Below are positions 1 to 10,472 of a DNA stretch of 64,000 nucleotides, piece by piece; the stretch's first letter is position 1; each line of letters starts with the position of its first letter. The position numbers and the translations under genes were made by a program. This DNA comes from an uncultured Lachnospiraceae bacterium (GTDB lineage Bacteria > Bacillota > Clostridia > Lachnospirales > Lachnospiraceae): positions 45,039 to 109,038 of the forward strand of contig CAKRJT010000002.1 in the NCBI GenBank assembly GCA_934351925.1. Direction: 5' to 3'. The notes under the pieces are model-generated. The model searched no databases, was not told the DNA's origin, and saw only the letters and a list, made by a program, of their open reading frames with translations.

Positions 1-940
1 CGCAGCTAAGGCGAATTACCGACAGAGGCCACTTCACAATGCCCGCCTTCACGTCTTCATAACCCTTTACCGTGAACTCTCTCTCAATAGGTGCCTTCGC
101 CATGGCAAACTCATAGTTTCCACCCTGGAAATGGTCGTGTGAGAGAATTGAACCACCCACAATAGGAAGGTCTGCGTTGGAGCCGATAAAATAATGCGGG
201 AACAGCTTTATGAAATCGAACAGCTTCACAAAAGTCGCTCTCTCGACCTTCATCGGAATGTGCTGTCCGTTGAACACTATGCAGTGCTCGTTATAGTACA
301 CATAAGGTGAGTACTGGAAGCCCCACTGACCGCCGTTTATCGTAATCGGGATAATTCTGTGGTTCTCCCTCGCCGGATGATTAGTCCGCCCTGCATAGCC
401 CTCATTCTCACGGCAGAGCTGACACTTAGGATAACCGCTCTGCTTGGCAAGCTTTGCGGCTGCTATCGCCTTCGGATCCTTCTCAGGCTTGGACAGGTTG
501 ATGGTGATGTCAATGTCACCGTACTTCGTCCCGGTAACCCACTTCATATCCCTGCACACGCGATATCTTCTTATGTAGTCCGAGTCCTGACTAAGCTTGT
601 AATAGTAATCTGTCGCCTCCTTAGGTGAGACTGCATACTTCTCGTTAAAGGTCTTTATAACCTGTGAAGGTCTCGGCATAAGGCAGTTCATAAGCCTCGT
701 ATCAAACAAATCCCTATATACAATGCTGTCCTCAATAAGTCCCTTCGTGACAGCATAATCCAGGAGCTCCTTCAAAACAGGCTGAAGCTCAACTCCTTCA
801 TAATTCTCCTGTGGTTCCTCATAGTCATCAAGTTTTAACACATCAAGTATCAGATTGGTGGAGTAAATCTTCTCCTCCTCCGCTATCAAGCCTGTCTCAA
901 TGCCGTATGTAACCAATTTTTTTATTGCATCATATACCAT
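1..940 (-). CDS. galT: Galactose-1-phosphate uridylyltransferase (UDP-glucose--hexose-1-phosphate uridylyltransferase), N-terminal ~313 aa; the C-terminus runs off the left edge
   Basis: I translated the minus strand from the ATG at 940..938 (MVYDAIKKLVTYGIETGLI...). The frame stays open to position 1. It contains PIVGGSILSHDHFQGG, typical of Gram-positive GalT. It is absent from the ORF track because there is no stop in the window. It lies in the same operon orientation as galK. Confidence 0.88.
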   Translation of the reverse strand, partial: MVYDAIKKLVTYGIETGLIAEEEKIYSTNLILDVLKLDDYEEPQENYEGVELQPVLKELLDYAVTKGLIEDSIVYRDLFDTRLMNCLMPRPSQVIKTFNEKYAVSPKEATDYYYKLSQDSDYIRRYRVCRDMKWVTGTKYGDIDITINLSKPEKDPKAIAAAKLAKQSGYPKCQLCRENEGYAGRTNHPARENHRIIPITINGGQWGFQYSPYVYYNEHCIVFNGQHIPMKVERATFVKLFDFIKLFPHYFIGSNADLPIVGGSILSHDHFQGGNYEFAMAKAPIEREFTVKGYEDVKAGIVKWPLSVIRLSC

Positions 941-1007
941 AACACACACCTCCACACCTGCAATTTTATATTACTGTCTTAACCCAGCCTTATAGCTGCG
1001 TCCTTTA

Positions 1008-1907
1008 CTACGCCTTCCCGAAAATCCTCTTTAGCTTTCTGACAACCTTCTTGGCAAAGCTCGGATAATATATATCCTTCTGCACCGCAATATCGTAGTC
1101 GATATCACGCTCCACCTTATCCCTGAACTTAATAGGAAAGTGGTACGCGCCCGCATGCATCTCCTCGCCCGGTCCCTTGGTGTGAGTGGCATCCTCGCGG
1201 TTCATTCCGATATTATTGATAAGGTTCACGTTCGGAACCACGCAGAGACCGTCATTCTCTGCAAGACAGAGCATGAGCTGGTAATCCCAGGTGTCAAGCT
1301 TGCCCTCATAAATCAGGTCAAGTTCCTTCTCCACATAGTCAGCCTTGGCATCCATAAATACCTTGTGCATGAGTCCCTCAGCCCTTCGCTGCGGCCAGTT
1401 TCTGAGAGTCACATCGTACTTCTCCCAGGTGCTTCTCCAGGTTCCCCAGCCCCAGATATAATTATCTGCCGTGAACAGATAATCGTGAGGTGTCTTATAA
1501 TTCTCAAGCTTCTTGTGAGCACCGACCATCATCACCTTAGGGTCATTTCTGTAATGCTCGAGCATCTCCTGACAAAATCTGAAGAACGATACGTCAAGGA
1601 GCACATCGTCCTCGATGATGATTGCCTCCTCCTCATGCTCGAATACCCAGCTTATGCCTGAGGATACACGATTTTTACAGCCCATGTTCTTCTCCGCATA
1701 GTTCTTGTGAACCTCGCAGTCCCAGTCCACATGCGTGTCAAGAAATTCCCTGACCGCAGCCACCTTCTCGGCATCGCCCTCCTTGGCAGGTCTTGCCGCA
1801 TCGCAGATAAGATACAGTCTCGGCGGCTTAATCTCCCTTATTCGCTCAAACACAATCTGTGTCGTATCGAGTCTGTTGTACACAAAGAAGGCAATCGCTG
1901 TCTTCAT
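1008..1907 (-). CDS. GT-A fold glycosyltransferase (GNT-I-like / family-2-like), ~299 aa
   Basis: ORF 1008..1955. The likely start is MKTAIAFFVYNR at 1907. It has an N-terminal Rossmann-like strand, an acidic IIEDDV (DxD-type) motif and YIWGWGTW. The family call is by resemblance only. Confidence 0.55.
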   Translation of the reverse strand: MKTAIAFFVYNRLDTTQIVFERIREIKPPRLYLICDAARPAKEGDAEKVAAVREFLDTHVDWDCEVHKNYAEKNMGCKNRVSSGISWVFEHEEEAIIIEDDVLLDVSFFRFCQEMLEHYRNDPKVMMVGAHKKLENYKTPHDYLFTADNYIWGWGTWRSTWEKYDVTLRNWPQRRAEGLMHKVFMDAKADYVEKELDLIYEGKLDTWDYQLMLCLAENDGLCVVPNVNLINNIGMNREDATHTKGPGEEMHAGAYHFPIKFRDKVERDIDYDIAVQKDIYYPSFAKKVVRKLKRIFGKA

Positions 1908-2103
1908 AACAAAATCACTCACAATTAACTCCATTCCATACCGTGTATCCCACAAGCCGCCGCGTAAGTATCATATATCCCAATTATCAAAGATACATAT
2001 TGCACAGACAAAACATAAATCCATACAACTTATCCCCGGCACCTTTTAAACACACAATATAATATATTTTACTTCAAAAAATTCCTTCTATATTAAATCC
2101 GGA

Positions 2104-3267
2104 TTACAGCACAACCGGGCCGCCGCCTATATCGGCAACATAAAAATCCGCTGCATAGCCTATGGTATCCTTATATTCCCTGCCAACCTTCTCAATAAAG
2201 TTGTCGATGGCATCAGTCTTTACAATACTTACCGTACAGCCGCCGAAACCTGCGCCCGTCATGCGGGAACCGATAACTCCCGGCTGCTTAAGTGCTGCTG
2301 CCACAAGAGTGTCGAGCTCCTTGCCCGTAACCTCGTAGTCCTCTCTCAGTGAGGTATCTGATGCAACCATAAGTCTTCCGAACTCCTCGATATCGCCGTT
2401 TTTCAAGGCCTTAACCGCCTTGATGGTTCTCTGGTTCTCATATACGGCATGCTTAGCGCGCTTCTGGCGAACCTCGCTCTTGATTGCAGACTTATAACGC
2501 TCAAAAGCCTCCTCCGTGAGATCTCCGAGAGTATTGATGTCGATAACCTTCTGAAGCTCCGCCAAAGCCTCCTCGCACTCTGCACGTCTCTCATTGTACT
2601 TCGAATCGCCAAGTCCTCTCTTCTTGTTGCTGCAGGATATGACTATCTTCGCATTGTCGAGCTTCACAGGTGCATACTCATAGGAAAGGTTAGAAGTGTC
2701 AAGGAATATAGCATGTCCCTCCTTACCCATGGCGATGGCAAACTGATCCATTATTCCACAGTTCACCTTGTTGAACTTGTTCTCGGCGAACTGGCTTATA
2801 AGTGCCATCTCAATGAAATCAGTGTCAAAATCAAATGTATCCCTGAGCACGAGCGCCGTGAGCACCTCTATCGATGCCGATGAGGACAGACCTGAACCGT
2901 TAGGAATATTTCCGAAATAATACATATCGAAGCCCTTGTCAAAATGATAGCCCTTCTGACCGTAAGCCCACATAACACCCTTCGGGTAGTTCGTCCAGTC
3001 TGCTGCCTTGTCCCACACAAGGTCATCGAGTGAGCTCTCTATCACACCAAGCTTCTCAAAATTCGCCGAATAAAAACGAAGCTTATTGTCATCCCTGCGC
3101 CTTACAGCGGCATAGGTTCCCATTGTGAGTGCACAAGGGAAAACATGTCCTCCATTATAATCTGTATGCTCTCCGATGAGGTTGACTCTTCCCGGTGCAA
3201 AATACACCTTAACTTCTCCCTCTCCACCATATACCTTCTTAAACTCTTCAAGCATCTTCTCTTTCAT
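2104..3267 (-). CDS. galK: Galactokinase
   Basis: Contains the GRVNLIGEHTDYNGG galactokinase signature and the GHMP kinase motif PNGSGLSSSAS. The start MKEKMLEEF at 3267 is preceded by GGAGG. The upstream part of the tracked ORF is a non-coding leader. Confidence 0.93.
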   Translation of the reverse strand: MKEKMLEEFKKVYGGEGEVKVYFAPGRVNLIGEHTDYNGGHVFPCALTMGTYAAVRRRDDNKLRFYSANFEKLGVIESSLDDLVWDKAADWTNYPKGVMWAYGQKGYHFDKGFDMYYFGNIPNGSGLSSSASIEVLTALVLRDTFDFDTDFIEMALISQFAENKFNKVNCGIMDQFAIAMGKEGHAIFLDTSNLSYEYAPVKLDNAKIVISCSNKKRGLGDSKYNERRAECEEALAELQKVIDINTLGDLTEEAFERYKSAIKSEVRQKRAKHAVYENQRTIKAVKALKNGDIEEFGRLMVASDTSLREDYEVTGKELDTLVAAALKQPGVIGSRMTGAGFGGCTVSIVKTDAIDNFIEKVGREYKDTIGYAADFYVADIGGGPVVL

Positions 3268-3274
3268 GATAACC

Positions 3275-3310
3275 TCCATTCCGCTGCCCTGCGGCGGCAC
3301 AAATAGTAAA
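3275..3310 (-). promoter_or_regulatory. GC-rich hairpin plus SD leader motif, copy 1 (upstream of galK)
   Basis: Minus-strand sequence is CTATTTGTGCCGCCGCAGGGCAGCGGAATGGAGG. The stem is CCGCCGC/GCAGCGG with one mismatch, immediately 5' of the SD. It is near-identical to 51604..51640 and related to 41972..42009. Confidence 0.4.
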
Positions 3311-3465
3311 GTGTAGATATAGCGCTTACTCACATTGTATGCAAAGTAACTTAACAACAATTATATTATAATGTTATATTTTTATCAAGGTTTTTGTGCA
3401 ATGTACAGCAAAAGGAGCCGGGTTTCCCCGACTCCTCCGCCGTGATGTCTGCTATAGTAAATAAC

Positions 3466-3735
3466 CTATATGCCCTCTTCAGCCACTGCCTTCTCGTATG
3501 CCTCTAAAATAGCATTCGATATCATGTCCCTGGTAGCCGAACTGATCGGATGAGCAATGTCTCTGTACTCTCCCTCAGCCGACTTTTTACTCGGCATGGC
3601 AATGAACAACCCCTTCTCTCCTTCTATTACTTTGATGTCGTGCACAACAAACTCATTGTCAAATGTAACTGAAACAACCGCCCTCATCTTGCTGTCCTTA
3701 GACACCATCCTGACCCTCACATCCGTAACCTGCAT
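3466..3735 (-). CDS. spoVG: Septation/regulatory protein SpoVG
   Basis: [11 protein letters not shown]...[21 protein letters not shown] is a typical SpoVG sequence. The start was chosen at MQVTDVR. Confidence 0.9.
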   Translation of the reverse strand: MQVTDVRVRMVSKDSKMRAVVSVTFDNEFVVHDIKVIEGEKGLFIAMPSKKSAEGEYRDIAHPISSATRDMISNAILEAYEKAVAEEGI

Positions 3736-3804
3736 AATAGCCTCCATATATTATTCTACACCGCCGTAATATCCACCCATAGTTGTGTTCACAATAGTGT
3801 CATT

Positions 3805-4926
3805 CTACAAGCTGTATCTTTCGTTCTTCTCCACAACGACCTTAACTTTGCCGTCCTCACCTGCATATCTGCAATTAGAACGAATCGTATCCCTGCTCTC
3901 CACAATGCAATTCTCAATAACCGTGTTGTCACCTATATACACATCATTCAGGATGATGGAATTGCGGATTACACAATTATTTCCTACAAATACCTTCTTG
4001 AATAAAACAGAATTCTCAACCGTACCGTTGACAATACAGCCACTTGCAACAAGTGAATTTTTAACCTCGGAACCCGGATTGTACTTAGCAGGAGGAAGGT
4101 CATCAACCTTGGAATAAATATCAGGATACTGGTTAAAGAAGAATTCCCGCACGTCCCTCTTTAAGAAATCCATATTGGTCTTATAGTAAGCATCGACCGT
4201 GGAGATATTGTTCCAATAGCTCTCAAGCTTGTAGCCGTATACTCTCTTGATGTTCTTATATCTTATGAGTATATCCTTTACAAAGTCATATCTGTCCTCT
4301 AAAGCTGCCTTCTCAAGAAGCTCAATAAGCTGACGTCTTCTTATAATATAGATACCTGTTGAAATAATATTTCCCTCTGCCTCAATAGGCTTCTCCTCAA
4401 AATCAGTAATTCTCATATCCTGATTCATTCTTACCACACCAAAACGACCGGCATCTTCACCCGCAGGAAGCTCCTTCACAACCACCGTGATATCTGCCTT
4501 CTTCTCGATATGGTACTCGAGCACCTTGGCAAAATCGAGCTTATACACGCCGTCGCCCGAGGCGATAACTACATACGGTTCATGGCTGTTCTTGAGAAAA
4601 TCTATGTTCTGGTACATACTGTCAGCGGTTCCCCTGTACCACACGCTGTTGTCAGCAGTTATGGTAGGATTAAAAACATACAGACCGCCCTGCTTACGTC
4701 CGAAATCCCACCATTTCGATGAGCTCAGATGATCATTGAGGCTTCTCGCATTATACTGTGTAATAACCGCAACCTTCTGTATATGTGAATTAGACATATT
4801 GCTCAGTGCAAAATCGATGCTCCTGTAACTGCCTGCTATCGGCATGGCAGCCACAGCCCTGCGGCTTGTGAGCTCCTTCATCGCCTTATTATTTCCGCCT
4901 GCTAATACAAGTCCTATCGCTCTCAT
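3805..4926 (-). CDS. glgD: Glucose-1-phosphate adenylyltransferase, regulatory subunit GlgD
   Basis: ADP-glucose pyrophosphorylase fold (GLVLAGGNN...) with a left-handed beta-helix C-terminus. It overlaps the glgC stop by 4 nt, as in Firmicute glgCD pairs. Confidence 0.85.
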   Translation of the reverse strand: MRAIGLVLAGGNNKAMKELTSRRAVAAMPIAGSYRSIDFALSNMSNSHIQKVAVITQYNARSLNDHLSSSKWWDFGRKQGGLYVFNPTITADNSVWYRGTADSMYQNIDFLKNSHEPYVVIASGDGVYKLDFAKVLEYHIEKKADITVVVKELPAGEDAGRFGVVRMNQDMRITDFEEKPIEAEGNIISTGIYIIRRRQLIELLEKAALEDRYDFVKDILIRYKNIKRVYGYKLESYWNNISTVDAYYKTNMDFLKRDVREFFFNQYPDIYSKVDDLPPAKYNPGSEVKNSLVASGCIVNGTVENSVLFKKVFVGNNCVIRNSIILNDVYIGDNTVIENCIVESRDTIRSNCRYAGEDGKVKVVVEKNERYSL

Positions 4927-6197
4927 CTTGCTGCACCTCCCTTAATAATACTTCCTCCGCTCGAAAGCAGACCATTGTCATAGTCTGAAAGTTCTGTCAC
5001 TCCGGAGACAGCAGTATTCTTGCCTATCTGTACTCTTGGCGGAATATATGAATTTTCCCCTATTGTCACAAGTCCAAAAGAATATACCTTGGCATTAAGT
5101 GCATTCGGTGCCTCATCTCCAACGCCTAACACAGCACCCTCACCAATCTCTGTGCCTTCAGCGATAATGGATTTGTCAATCACAGCACCTGCGCCTATCC
5201 GCGTATTCTGCATTATGATGGAGTCCCTTACAATAGCGCCCTCCTCTATGGTTACGCCGGATCCGATTACCGAATTGTATACCTCACCGTACACCTGCGT
5301 TCCCTCTCCTATGATGCTTCTGTATACCTTAGAGCTGTCGGCAAGATACTGAGGCGGAAGAATATCGCTCTTGGTATATATCTTCCAGAATTCCTCGTAT
5401 AGGTTGAACTCAGGAATAATATCGATAAGCTCCATATTGGCCTCCCAGTATGAACCGAGAGTACCTACATCCTTCCAGTATCCGTTAAACTCATATGCAA
5501 AAAGCCGCTGCTTGTTCTCATGGCAATATGGAATAATATGCTTTCCAAAATCACACCCCGGCTCGTCCTTCATCCTGATAAGCGCTTCCCTCAGGACAGG
5601 CCAGCTGAATATGTAAATACCCATCGAAGCAAGATTACTGCTAGGGTTAGCCGGTTTCTCCTCAAATTCGGTGATCTTGTTATGCTCGTCCGTAACAAGA
5701 ATACCAAACCGGCTTGCCTCCTCAATAGGAACCGGCATCGCAGCGATGGTTACATCGGCATTATTGGCCTTATGATAATCGAGCATAAGCTCATAATCCA
5801 TCTTGTAAATATGATCTCCGGAAAGAATCAAGACATAATCCGGGTTATACAGCTCCATATATTGAAGATTCTGGTAAATCGCATTCGCCGTGCCCGAATA
5901 CCACTCGCTGCTTGTACTCTTCTCATACGGAGGAAGTACCGTCACACCGCCACGATTGCGATCAAGATCCCACGGAATACCAATTCCTATATGGGTGTTA
6001 AGACGTAACGGCTGATACTGCGTGAGAACGCCTACAGTATCAATGCCTGAATTAATACAGTTGCTGAGCGGAAAGTCTATTATTCTGTACTTACCGCCAA
6101 ACGCCACTGCCGGCTTAGCCATATTCGATGTCAGTACGCCAAGACGGCTTCCCTGTCCACCTGCCAGCAGCATAGCAATCATCTCTTTTTTAATCAT
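4923..6197 (-). CDS. glgC: Glucose-1-phosphate adenylyltransferase GlgC
   Basis: Contains [39 protein letters not shown]. The start MIKKEM at 6197 lies behind AGAGGTGG. Confidence 0.9.
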   Translation of the reverse strand: MIKKEMIAMLLAGGQGSRLGVLTSNMAKPAVAFGGKYRIIDFPLSNCINSGIDTVGVLTQYQPLRLNTHIGIGIPWDLDRNRGGVTVLPPYEKSTSSEWYSGTANAIYQNLQYMELYNPDYVLILSGDHIYKMDYELMLDYHKANNADVTIAAMPVPIEEASRFGILVTDEHNKITEFEEKPANPSSNLASMGIYIFSWPVLREALIRMKDEPGCDFGKHIIPYCHENKQRLFAYEFNGYWKDVGTLGSYWEANMELIDIIPEFNLYEEFWKIYTKSDILPPQYLADSSKVYRSIIGEGTQVYGEVYNSVIGSGVTIEEGAIVRDSIIMQNTRIGAGAVIDKSIIAEGTEIGEGAVLGVGDEAPNALNAKVYSFGLVTIGENSYIPPRVQIGKNTAVSGVTELSDYDNGLLSSGGSIIKGGAAR

Positions 6198-6530
6198 GCT
6201 ACCACCTCTTGTCAATTTACTAAAGCCAATCATCACATTCTGGTTTTGTAAAATGATTATACCACAAATTGCTAAATAAGTGAAGAAATAATTGAAAACT
6301 TTTTCGAAAAATATCTTTTTTTTGAATAATTATTTAACAATTCTATATCTAAAAGCCGAAAGATATTCTGACCTCTATGATAATCGAATTACTTTCGCAC
6401 TACATGCTCCCACAATTCGCATTATATTCCATTATCCAACTTAACTCTGGTATTTTTATGATTGGTGTTATATTATATTATGTATATATTCATTATATTC
6501 TTAATAAAATAAAACCGAGGAGGAATCATA

Positions 6531-7910
6531 ATGTATCAGCTTGATTTTAATAAACCCGTACATATACATTTTATCGGCATCGGCGGAATCAGCATGAGCG
6601 GACTCGCTGAGCTTCTTTTGTCAGAACATTTCACAATATCCGGCTCAGACAACAAGGAGTCCATGCTCACAAAGCAGCTCGCCGCTGCGGGATGCCATAT
6701 ATTTATAGGGCAGAACGCAGACAATATAAGCTCCGATATCAATGTCGCCGTATATACTGCCGCAATACACCCTGATAACCCCGAATATGCACGCTGTGTG
6801 GAGCTTGGAATACCTTTGCTTTCCCGCGCCGAGCTGCTCGGTCAGGTTATGAAAAACTACAAGACAGCTATAGGTGTATCCGGAACTCACGGCAAGACCA
6901 CGACAACCTCCATGCTCAGTGAGATTCTCATGCTCGCCGGTGCTGACCCTACGATATCGGTCGGAGGTATGCTCCCGTCCATCGGCGGAAATATGAGAAT
7001 CGGACATTCAGATGTATTCCTGACAGAAGCATGTGAGTACACCAACAGCTTTCTCTCATTCCATCCTACCATGAACATTATATTGAATGTCGAGGAGGAT
7101 CATCTTGACTTTTTCAAGGATCTTGATGATATCCGCGCGTCATTCAAGAAGTACACAGAGCTGCTGCCTGACGATGGTTATCTCATAATAAACAGCGCCA
7201 TCGAAAACTATCAATACTTTTTTGAAAACTGCCGCTGCCATGTCATAACCTTCGGTCTTGACGCAGCAGACAGCAATTTCTCCGCAAAGGATTTTCACAT
7301 TGATGACAAGGGCGATTACTGCTACACACTCCTTTATAATAATGAAGAAAAGTGTAAGACAGCGCTCAAGGTTCCGGGGGAGCACAATGTGCTTAACAGC
7401 CTTGCAGCCATCGCGGCCGCGGTTACATTGGGAATTGACTTAGACACTGCCGTAAAGGGTATTGCAGCCTACAGTGGTGTTGACCGCCGTTTTCAGGTGA
7501 AGGGAAAATGCAATGGTTTTACAATCATTGACGACTATGCCCACCATCCTGCAGAGATAACAGCTACTCTGAAGGCTGCCGCGCACTACCCGCATAAAAA
7601 GCTCTGGTGTATATTCCAGCCGCACACCTACACGCGCACAAAGGCATTCCTGCCTGAGTTCGCAGCAGCACTCTCCCTCGCCGACCATGTCGTGCTCGCA
7701 CCCATATATTCCGCGCGCGAGCAGGATATCTATGGTGTAAGCTCCGCTGATATACAGAGGCTCATACTCGAGAGGGGAACACCGTGTGAATACTTTATGA
7801 GCTTCGCCGATATTGAGAATTTCATTAAGGACAACTGCCACGAGGGCGATGTCGTTATCACGATGGGCGCAGGCAATATTCTCGAGGTCGGTGAGCATCT
7901 GCTGGGCTGA
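6531..7910 (+). CDS. murC: UDP-N-acetylmuramate--L-alanine ligase
   Basis: Contains HFIGIGGISMSGLAELL and the GTHGKTTTTSM P-loop. Mur ligase domain order is present and the length is 459 aa. Confidence 0.93.
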   Translation: MYQLDFNKPVHIHFIGIGGISMSGLAELLLSEHFTISGSDNKESMLTKQLAAAGCHIFIGQNADNISSDINVAVYTAAIHPDNPEYARCVELGIPLLSRAELLGQVMKNYKTAIGVSGTHGKTTTTSMLSEILMLAGADPTISVGGMLPSIGGNMRIGHSDVFLTEACEYTNSFLSFHPTMNIILNVEEDHLDFFKDLDDIRASFKKYTELLPDDGYLIINSAIENYQYFFENCRCHVITFGLDAADSNFSAKDFHIDDKGDYCYTLLYNNEEKCKTALKVPGEHNVLNSLAAIAAAVTLGIDLDTAVKGIAAYSGVDRRFQVKGKCNGFTIIDDYAHHPAEITATLKAAAHYPHKKLWCIFQPHTYTRTKAFLPEFAAALSLADHVVLAPIYSAREQDIYGVSSADIQRLILERGTPCEYFMSFADIENFIKDNCHEGDVVITMGAGNILEVGEHLLG

Positions 7911-8077
7911 CAGTCTGAACAGCCGCATGCGGCCGGACATTGCAGCTATTCTGTTATCACAGACCTATTGAAAAAGATTTATATACAGCTCCAAAATCAT
8001 ACTGATGTATGCAGATACACTTATCAATACAGGTAAATTTTGGAGCTGTTTTTGTGTCACAATGTAGTATGCACAAC

Positions 8078-8175
8078 AAATCCACAAGTTATCCACAATC
8101 AAAACCCCTTATAAAATCCGCGTATTACAGTGTTTTCCACATTTTATCCACATTATCCACATTTTTATATCCACA
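8078..8175 (+). promoter_or_regulatory. Cluster of six co-oriented DnaA boxes
   Basis: Perfect TTATCCACA at 8089-8097, 8144-8152 and 8153-8161. One-mismatch boxes are TTTTCCACA at 8133-8141 and ATATCCACA at 8167-8175. AAATCCACA at 8078-8086 has two mismatches. All lie on the + strand, about 100 nt upstream of the DnaD-domain gene. Confidence 0.75.
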
Positions 8176-8272
8176 AATTTCACAACTTTATTTTGTTACC
8201 CCAAAATCTATTCTCAAACCTGCGGTGCTATGCTATACTTAATGTATAAATTTCAAGAAACGAGAGTACACC

Positions 8273-9442
8273 ATGGCACCGATTACACTTACTTCAACCT
8301 ATACACCTAACGAGACCACCATACCGAATATTTTTCTGGATATGTATATGCCTTCCGCAAACGGCGAGTTTGTGAAGGTCTATCTGTGTCTGCTTAGAAT
8401 GTATTCCAATCCGGCAGCGCGCTCCTCAACACTCACCGAGATTGCCGATCTGTTAAACCATACAGAGGGGGATGTAATCCGCGCCATCAAGTACTGGGAG
8501 AAGGCCGGTCTGTTGTCCGTAGGCTACAATGGAGATATTCCGACCAGCATAACCCTGCTTCCGATAAACCGGAAGCCGTACAGTTTTGCTTCTGATACCG
8601 TATCAGACAGCCTGCCGTCAGGAAGAACCAGCACCCTCCCTTGCGACAGTTCGGCTGAGTCGGCTGCCTCGCAGGAGAGCACCAATGCTCTGGGCGAGCA
8701 GACATCTGTACACGCATCCGACACCTCGCTGCCGGGCAAATATAACTATTCACCTGCCGCCATCAAGCGCATGTGCGACAGCGACGACAACCTTCACCAG
8801 CTTATATTTGTTGCAGAAAAACTATTCGGAAAGACATTGACGAACTCAGAGATAAGCACCATCATATATATACATAGTGATCTCCATTTTTCGGACGAGC
8901 TGCTTGAATATCTTTTTGAATACTGTGTCTCCCTCGAAAAGCGGAGCTTCCGCTACCTCGAGATAGTTGCCATCAAGTGGCACGAGGAAGGGCTTGTGAC
9001 CGCCGAACAGGCTAAGCAGCAGCATGAAATCCACAGCAGGAAGATCTACTCGGTTATGAAAGCGTTCGGGCTCAATGACCGCAAGCCGGGCAAGCCTGAG
9101 CTCGATTTTATCACAAAATGGTACGACGACTACGGCTTCGAGACCGAGCTAGTCATAGAGGCCTGCAACCGCACAATCCAGGCTCTTCACAAGCCAAGCT
9201 TCGAATACACGGACGGCATCCTGTCTAACTGGAGAAAGAAGAATGTCCACACCCTGTCAGATGTCGAGGCGGCTGAGGCAGTTCATGCCGGGTCGCGAAA
9301 GAATAGCTGCAATACCGATAAGGCAGCCGTTTCTGCGCCAACGGCACGCACGCCCAAAAACAACAACCGATTTAATAATTTTTCACAGCGTAAATATGAT
9401 TTCAACGCACTTGAAAAGCAGCTTATCAACAAAAAGGATTGA
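8273..9442 (+). CDS. DnaD-domain replication initiation protein (DnaB/DnaD family of Firmicutes)
   Basis: It has an N-terminal winged-helix-like region and a C-terminal DnaD-type motif (FEYTDGILSNWRKKNVHTLSDVEA). It lies immediately upstream of the AAA+ loader gene. Confidence 0.7.
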   Translation: MAPITLTSTYTPNETTIPNIFLDMYMPSANGEFVKVYLCLLRMYSNPAARSSTLTEIADLLNHTEGDVIRAIKYWEKAGLLSVGYNGDIPTSITLLPINRKPYSFASDTVSDSLPSGRTSTLPCDSSAESAASQESTNALGEQTSVHASDTSLPGKYNYSPAAIKRMCDSDDNLHQLIFVAEKLFGKTLTNSEISTIIYIHSDLHFSDELLEYLFEYCVSLEKRSFRYLEIVAIKWHEEGLVTAEQAKQQHEIHSRKIYSVMKAFGLNDRKPGKPELDFITKWYDDYGFETELVIEACNRTIQALHKPSFEYTDGILSNWRKKNVHTLSDVEAAEAVHAGSRKNSCNTDKAAVSAPTARTPKNNNRFNNFSQRKYDFNALEKQLINKKD

Positions 9443-9464
9443 TTATTATAGAGGATTGATATAG

Positions 9465-10442
9465 ATGAAACTGAACAATTCACAGTATGATACAATTATG
9501 AGGATGTACGACACAAAACAGAGCCACGCGCGTGCCGTTCAGAGCGCCCGCTATGAAGAGATAAACGCGCGGCTTCCCGAGTACGATGAGCTCAGAAAGG
9601 AGACAGCCGCTATTTCCGCCGAGGCTGCAAGAGCTGCCCTCAGAGGCGATATGAGCAAACGTGAGAAGCTGTCCGGCAGGCTCGCCTCCATAAACGAGGA
9701 AAAGAGGATACTTCTGTCATCCGCCGGCTATCCGGAAGACTACCTTGACCTTCACTACGAGTGCCCGCTCTGCAACGATACCGGCTTCGTAGGTGGTCAG
9801 AAATGCCGATGTTTTAAACAGGCTGCCATCGACCTTCTCTACAACCAGTCCAACATTAAAAAAATTCTCCTACTTGAAAATTTCCATAACTTCAATTATG
9901 ATTGGTATTCGGAGGATTACATTGACCCGGTTTCGGGTATATCCGCCTTGGAGAACATTGTCAACGTCACTAAGGATGTCAACTCTTTTATAAGTGATTT
10001 TCCTTCCGGTCAGAACCTTCTGTTCTATGGTGATACCGGAGTTGGTAAGACATTTTTAACTCACTGTATTGCCGGTGAATTGCTTGGCATGGGTCATTCC
10101 GTGCTGTATTTATCAGCAATCGATTTATTTGATCTTTTTTCAAAATATGCTTTTGATAATGACAGCGAAGCAGATTACAGGGATGCATTTTCACAGATTC
10201 TTGACTGCGGGCTGCTTATTATAGACGACCTTGGCACGGAGCTCGTGAACAGCTTCACTAATTCACGATTATTTTATTGCATCAATGAAAGAATCCTTGC
10301 AGGTCTGTCAACAATTATATCAACGAATCTGAGTCTTGAGGAGCTTATGAATACCTATTCTGAGCGTATTTTTTCCAGACTCACCATGTCATACAAGATA
10401 TTCAAAATATATGGTGACGACATTCGTTTGAAGAAACTTTAA
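9465..10442 (+). CDS. DnaI/DnaC-type AAA+ helicase loader
   Basis: Contains the Zn-ribbon-like CPLCNDTGFVGGQKCRC, Walker A GDTGVGKTFL and Walker B LLIIDDLG. Confidence 0.8.
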   Translation: MKLNNSQYDTIMRMYDTKQSHARAVQSARYEEINARLPEYDELRKETAAISAEAARAALRGDMSKREKLSGRLASINEEKRILLSSAGYPEDYLDLHYECPLCNDTGFVGGQKCRCFKQAAIDLLYNQSNIKKILLLENFHNFNYDWYSEDYIDPVSGISALENIVNVTKDVNSFISDFPSGQNLLFYGDTGVGKTFLTHCIAGELLGMGHSVLYLSAIDLFDLFSKYAFDNDSEADYRDAFSQILDCGLLIIDDLGTELVNSFTNSRLFYCINERILAGLSTIISTNLSLEELMNTYSERIFSRLTMSYKIFKIYGDDIRLKKL

Positions 10443-10472
10443 TCACAACACACATCTACGGAGGAAAATATC

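Noticed and set aside
3268-3360. N-terminal extensions of the galK and response-regulator ORFs share the peptide similarity LLFVPPQGSGMEVIM / LLFVPPLGGGMEIYM (second copy at 51599-51685).
   Set aside because: The similarity comes from a shared nucleotide leader (hairpin plus SD). Proper starts with an SD lie downstream, so the extensions are not coding.
8078-8175. The DnaA-box cluster as the chromosomal origin, oriC.
   Set aside because: There is no adjacent dnaA/dnaN, no DnaA-trio repeats and no obvious AT-rich unwinding 27-mer after the last box. Firmicute origins normally flank dnaA. It cannot be fully excluded without whole-genome GC-skew.
8009-8242. A 77-aa ORF covering the DnaA-box region.
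   Set aside because: It has no SD and an odd composition. The region is better explained as non-coding DNA carrying TTATCCACA repeats, which translate as recurrent YPH/IHI strings.
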